DNA of 57,026 nucleotides, filler included, from Stramenopiles sp. TOSAG23-3 (taxonomy: Eukaryota), in assembly GCA_900128585.1 (NCBI GenBank). It is 6 parts of 6 records of this genome, joined end to end, with 100 filler letters (N's around TTAATTAATTAA, not from the genome) between each part and the next. Parts side by side here need not be neighbours in the genome. Positions count along the whole stretch, not along the records: positions 53,195 to 55,060 come from LT645303.1; positions 55,161 to 57,026 come from LT645304.1; 4 more parts are not named here. The stretch is one strand, 5' to 3'. Positions 53,251-57,026 of this stretch are shown piece after piece. Below the pieces are notes generated by a model that was not told the origin of the DNA, made no database searches, and saw nothing but the letters and a program-made list of their open reading frames with translations. How positions within the stretch are numbered: the stretch's first letter is position 1; each line of letters begins with the position of its first letter. The translations under genes and the position numbers were made by a program.

Positions 53251-54816
53251 TTGAAGCTGGCGCTCCCGTACCCGTTTGCGCAGGAGGGCATGTTCAAGGC
53301 CATTGGGAAGAAGGGGCACCCGCTGACCTTGCAGTTTCAACGACCGGTACGATCCGCCCCCAAACGGAGGGACCCGAAACGTTCCAGACCGTCCATGGCA
53401 CGGATAAGGCCAAGCCACAGCTTCGCCGCCCCCAGCACTCAGAAAACAGGCAGCATGGACAAAGCGTTCCTGGAGGAATCCTTCGTGTACACGGCACAGT
53501 TCGTGGACGGGCCGCTGGGGCTGAAGCCCGGGCCCGTACCGGGCGGGGGAACTGGGATCGTCGTGGCCGACATCATGGCCAAAAGCCAGGCGGACCTGGC
53601 AGTCTCGATAACGCCGGGGGACCTGCTGCTCTCCGTGGGCAAAACGGACATGCGCGCGAAAAAGCCCGCCGACCTTGCGAAAGTGATCAAGGGCCAGAAA
53701 CGGCCGGTCAACTTTACGTTCATGCGCCAGACCAGGGACGACTACAGCATCCAGTTCGGCAAGGGGCAAATCGGGATACGTTTCGGGGAACCCGAGGGGA
53801 GCGCCCCGTTTCCCTGCTTCGTCGCTGGCGTCAAACCGGGCTCCCAAGCGTCTAAATCTGGGATGGTGAACATTGCGGACGTCGTGGTGCACGTCGGGAC
53901 GACGGACGCGCGGACGCTGGCGAACGCAAAGCTCGCGGAGGTCTTGAGGAAGGCAAAGAGGCCGTTAAGGATCTTCTTCCGGCGGCCGAGCAAGGCCGGC
54001 AACGATACCTCAAAAGCGTCGAAGACCGCGTCGCCCATGGATTTTGTGAGGTCCATATGGAACGAGTACGATTTGGACCAGGACGGCGCCCTGAACTCGG
54101 AAGAAGCGGCCGCATTGTTCCAAGACTTTACAGGCCGGGACATTGCAAAAGACATTTGTGAAAATATTTTGCGAAACATCGACGCGGACGGGGACGCAAA
54201 GATTCAGCCGAAAGAGCTCAGCATGTTCATTGCGAACGGCATCAAAATGTCTGCAGACAAACGGAAAGTTTTCGCGGCGCGGTCGCCCACGCACGAAACA
54301 ATCATAGAGTTTTTCGAAGAGATCGACCTTCGCATAAACGCGGCGCTGCTGGAGGAGTCCCACAAGCAGGGGGAAGAGAGAGCCGACAACCAGCTCCCCC
54401 CCGCGGCAGTTGCACACCTGTACACCAACGAATCGGACTACCAGGAGGACGACGAGATGTTTTCGGTCAGTGGCACGTACACGAGTGCCGCGATCAGAGA
54501 CAGCATTTCGTTCTTAGACTTCGTAAACATTTTCCAGGTACTGGACCCACGGTACGACAGTGGCGTTCGTGAGATGGTGGCGTGGAAACTGGTAGACGTC
54601 GATGGGGATGGTCTGCTGGGGTACGACGACCTGTGCTATTTTTTAACCACCCTGTTGCACGGCCAGGGCGTCGGTTCCGCAGAAATTCGATACAAAGCGG
54701 ACGTGGTAATGGACGATTATGGGTTAGGAGAGGACGGTTTCATAGGCCGGGGCACTTTCTTCTCCCTTTTCAAAGACAGTCTGATGCGGGTCATTTCTAT
54801 CCCGCCAGCGCCCTGA
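53251..54816 (+). CDS. Multi-PDZ + EF-hand protein, probably 5' partial
   Basis: Two PDZ-like domains (GPLGL...PGDLLLSVG; GQIGI...PGSQA...ADVVVHVG) plus the tail of a third; EF loops DLDQDGALNSEE, DADGDAKIQPKE, DVDGDGLLGYDD. In-frame TAA at 53209 near the contig end. Confidence 0.8.
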   Translation: MKLALPYPFAQEGMFKAIGKKGHPLTLQFQRPVRSAPKRRDPKRSRPSMARIRPSHSFAAPSTQKTGSMDKAFLEESFVYTAQFVDGPLGLKPGPVPGGGTGIVVADIMAKSQADLAVSITPGDLLLSVGKTDMRAKKPADLAKVIKGQKRPVNFTFMRQTRDDYSIQFGKGQIGIRFGEPEGSAPFPCFVAGVKPGSQASKSGMVNIADVVVHVGTTDARTLANAKLAEVLRKAKRPLRIFFRRPSKAGNDTSKASKTASPMDFVRSIWNEYDLDQDGALNSEEAAALFQDFTGRDIAKDICENILRNIDADGDAKIQPKELSMFIANGIKMSADKRKVFAARSPTHETIIEFFEEIDLRINAALLEESHKQGEERADNQLPPAAVAHLYTNESDYQEDDEMFSVSGTYTSAAIRDSISFLDFVNIFQVLDPRYDSGVREMVAWKLVDVDGDGLLGYDDLCYFLTTLLHGQGVGSAEIRYKADVVMDDYGLGEDGFIGRGTFFSLFKDSLMRVISIPPAP

Positions 54817-55060
54817 CTGAATTTTTTTTCAAACAAAAAATTGGCTACCGGTATAACAACAACAACAACAACAACAACAGAACAGAACAACAAAATAGAG
54901 AAGAAGAAGAAATTTTATATTATAAAAAAAAGAAGTAAAGTATTATTATTATTATTTAATTATAGACTAATAATAATATCTTAAAATTTTTTTTCCCTCC
55001 TCTTCTTTCTTCTTCTTTTTTTTCGATAATGCGTTCGTATCTGCAGTCAATAATGGGAAG

Positions 55061-55160
55061 NNNNNNNNNNNNNNNNNNNNNNNNNNNNNNNNNNNNNNNN
55101 NNNNTTAATTAATTAANNNNNNNNNNNNNNNNNNNNNNNNNNNNNNNNNNNNNNNNNNNN
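55061..55160. other. Assembly gap/linker
   Basis: 44 N + TTAATTAATTAA + 44 N. Confidence 0.98.
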
Positions 55161-55232
<72 letters not shown>

Positions 55233-55238
55233 TTTCTT
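55161..55238. repeat. (CTTT)n microsatellite at a contig start
   Basis: Seen directly. Confidence 0.95.
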
Positions 55239-55511
55239 CATCATCATCAATATAAAAAAAAAAAATATTATATTATTAGAGACTATCCTCCTGCCTTTTT
55301 TTTTTTTTTTTTGTCCGAATTTTTATTATAAAAAGTAGAAAAGTGGATTGATCATATATGAATAGAAGAAAAAAAGGAAGAAAAACGAGATGATCAGGAA
55401 AGTTCATCAATTTGCATGCGTATGTTCGTTCGTTTGCTTGCTTGCACGTTTCTTTGTTGTCGATTTATTCATTCATTATAGTGTTCATTCGTTTCTAAGT
55501 TACAAGAGAAC

Positions 55512-55862
55512 ATGTTAGTATCCCAAGACCTTCCGTCGCCAGTGTGGCGAGTGGTGCTGTGGGTTGGTGTCTTCATAGTGCTGCACTCGGCGTACTCGTT
55601 TGTGCATTACAAGAATCTTATGAAAAGTTTAGGAAATTTAAAGGATGCGTCCACGCTCCCACTCGACGTGCAAGTCGAACTGTCGGTTGGATTTTTTTTG
55701 TCCCTTATGGGGTCTGTTGGGTGGTCGGGTACGCTTCGAAAAGCGAAAGTGACGGAAATTGTATCAAACAAGGACTTTGACGTCTATGACAACCGGGAAG
55801 ATTTCATGACCTTCAACCATAGAGGGAAAGCCCTGACACAACGGCGCGCTGCGAAAAATTGA
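55512..55862 (+). CDS. EMC5: ER membrane protein complex subunit 5 / membrane magnesium transporter 1
   Basis: LHSAYS..HY, LPLDVQVE, two TMs, NREDFMTFNHRG. Confidence 0.92.
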   Translation: MLVSQDLPSPVWRVVLWVGVFIVLHSAYSFVHYKNLMKSLGNLKDASTLPLDVQVELSVGFFLSLMGSVGWSGTLRKAKVTEIVSNKDFDVYDNREDFMTFNHRGKALTQRRAAKN

Positions 55863-56238
55863 ACGCGCACTATTCACCCTTCGGATGGATGGTAGGCACG
55901 TGCTCGAACGAGGCAGCGTTACACCTTGGCCATATCGTATTCACACCGTGTACCGTACCACCAGTGTGTTGTACTGTACGCAGGAGTTATAAATTGTTAT
56001 TTTTTTTGCAACACATCAAGATCAAGAGATATTCAAAATTACAAGAGGAGAGATAGTCAAAATTGCAGTTTTAAACCAGAGAATTTTATATTAATGTTAA
56101 ACCTTTCCCAGCTTTGTTAAAAATTCATTAACCAGCATTCGCACGCGTACACGTACGGGCGGAAATACTTTTTTTCTCTGCCCTCGTTACTCCTTTTTTT
56201 ACTTTTTCGTATTTACTGCCGCCCATCTCTTTACACTC

Positions 56239-57026
56239 TCACAGCCTCCCGCCTTCTAAAATTTTATACTTGGAACACGACGGGTCGACCTCCACAGGGA
56301 CCCAGAGCACGTCTGTGGTGTGGTCGCGCACCATGTGGGTGTTGCAATACCCGAGACGGACTACCTCCCGGTACGTCTTCATGTTCTCTTCCTTGTCAGG
56401 GTGGCGGTCCACGCCCCACGCCGTTTCGATGACCATCACGGGAAGCGTCCGATTCGCATCGTTCGCAACGCGCCGCAAGAATGGCAGCGCCCCGCGCAAT
56501 ACCTCGCCTTCGTACCCTTCCGTATCAATCTTGATCACAGACACGTCTTTGTACAGGTGCGGGGAGAGTTCCTCCAGGACCGTCGCGAATTTGCGAACCA
56601 GAATCGTTTCCCTGCCCATTTTATCCCTCCAATCTGGCATATCGCTGTCCATGGCATCCAGGCCAGGATCAGTTTCCGTCAATGTGTTCCACCCGGGGGG
56701 CAACGCGGACGATGTCCATTCCCCTGGGGCCGTTTTAATGCTCTCGACTTTGTTGTCCACGTTCCCGAGGGCAAAATTGAAAAAATTGTACTGGGGAGAC
56801 CCAAAATTGTTTGACACATTCCCAAGCCGTTGAATCTGACACAGGTGCAAAACCCTCACGGGTTCAAAAATGAGTGTAGTCAATGGTAGTGCACCCAACG
56901 CAATAATGGCCTCCGAAAAACGGCCTAAGTGACCGCCAATGTCTACCACAGTGGAATTCGGCCGAACAAACCCTGCCACACGAAGGGCCGCCCCTTCGGC
57001 CGATGTGTACGCCCCCCCCCCCCCTG
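56239..57026 (-). CDS. FkbM family SAM-dependent methyltransferase, 5' end outside the window
   Basis: VVDIGGHLG, IFEPV, NFALG, VIKIDTEGYEGEVLRGA; frame open to the window end. Confidence 0.88.
   Translation of the reverse strand, partial: GGGGAYTSAEGAALRVAGFVRPNSTVVDIGGHLGRFSEAIIALGALPLTTLIFEPVRVLHLCQIQRLGNVSNNFGSPQYNFFNFALGNVDNKVESIKTAPGEWTSSALPPGWNTLTETDPGLDAMDSDMPDWRDKMGRETILVRKFATVLEELSPHLYKDVSVIKIDTEGYEGEVLRGALPFLRRVANDANRTLPVMVIETAWGVDRHPDKEENMKTYREVVRLGYCNTHMVRDHTTDVLWVPVEVDPSCSKYKILEGGRL

Overview
Eukaryotic nuclear scaffold with about 30 protein genes and no convincing introns. Genes are comparatively GC-rich and separated by very AT-rich, microsatellite-laden spacers. Six contigs are joined by five artificial 100-nt linkers (44 N + TTAATTAATTAA + 44 N). 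Gene content (GapC-type GAPDH, proteasome alpha1, NAC-alpha, MCCC2, ETF-QO, metaxin, EMC5, USP5, class I/II-like PI3K, two candidate flagellar proteins, several secreted hydrolases) suggests a heterotrophic flagellate, plausibly an uncultured stramenopile; this is an inference. The standard genetic code appears to be used (TAA, TAG and TGA all end genes). Most unusual items: (1) a secreted GDA1/CD39 apyrase whose N-terminus looks like a multi-core precursor of cationic peptides, head-to-head with a DMT-type transporter; (2) a dispersed non-coding repeat family whose AAATTGGCTGTT core recurs mostly just downstream of stop codons; (3) a short signal-peptide ORF with an in-frame Cys-TGA-TGA-Cys; (4) a membrane-anchored beta-helix/CBM-like protein beside a membrane-anchored esterase; (5) a PI3K with a SAP-like/PH/RBD/WW/C2/PH architecture; (6) a plant ROD1/PDCT-like enzyme head-to-head with a Sec14-GOLD gene. 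All calls come from motif recognition by eye; no database searches were run.
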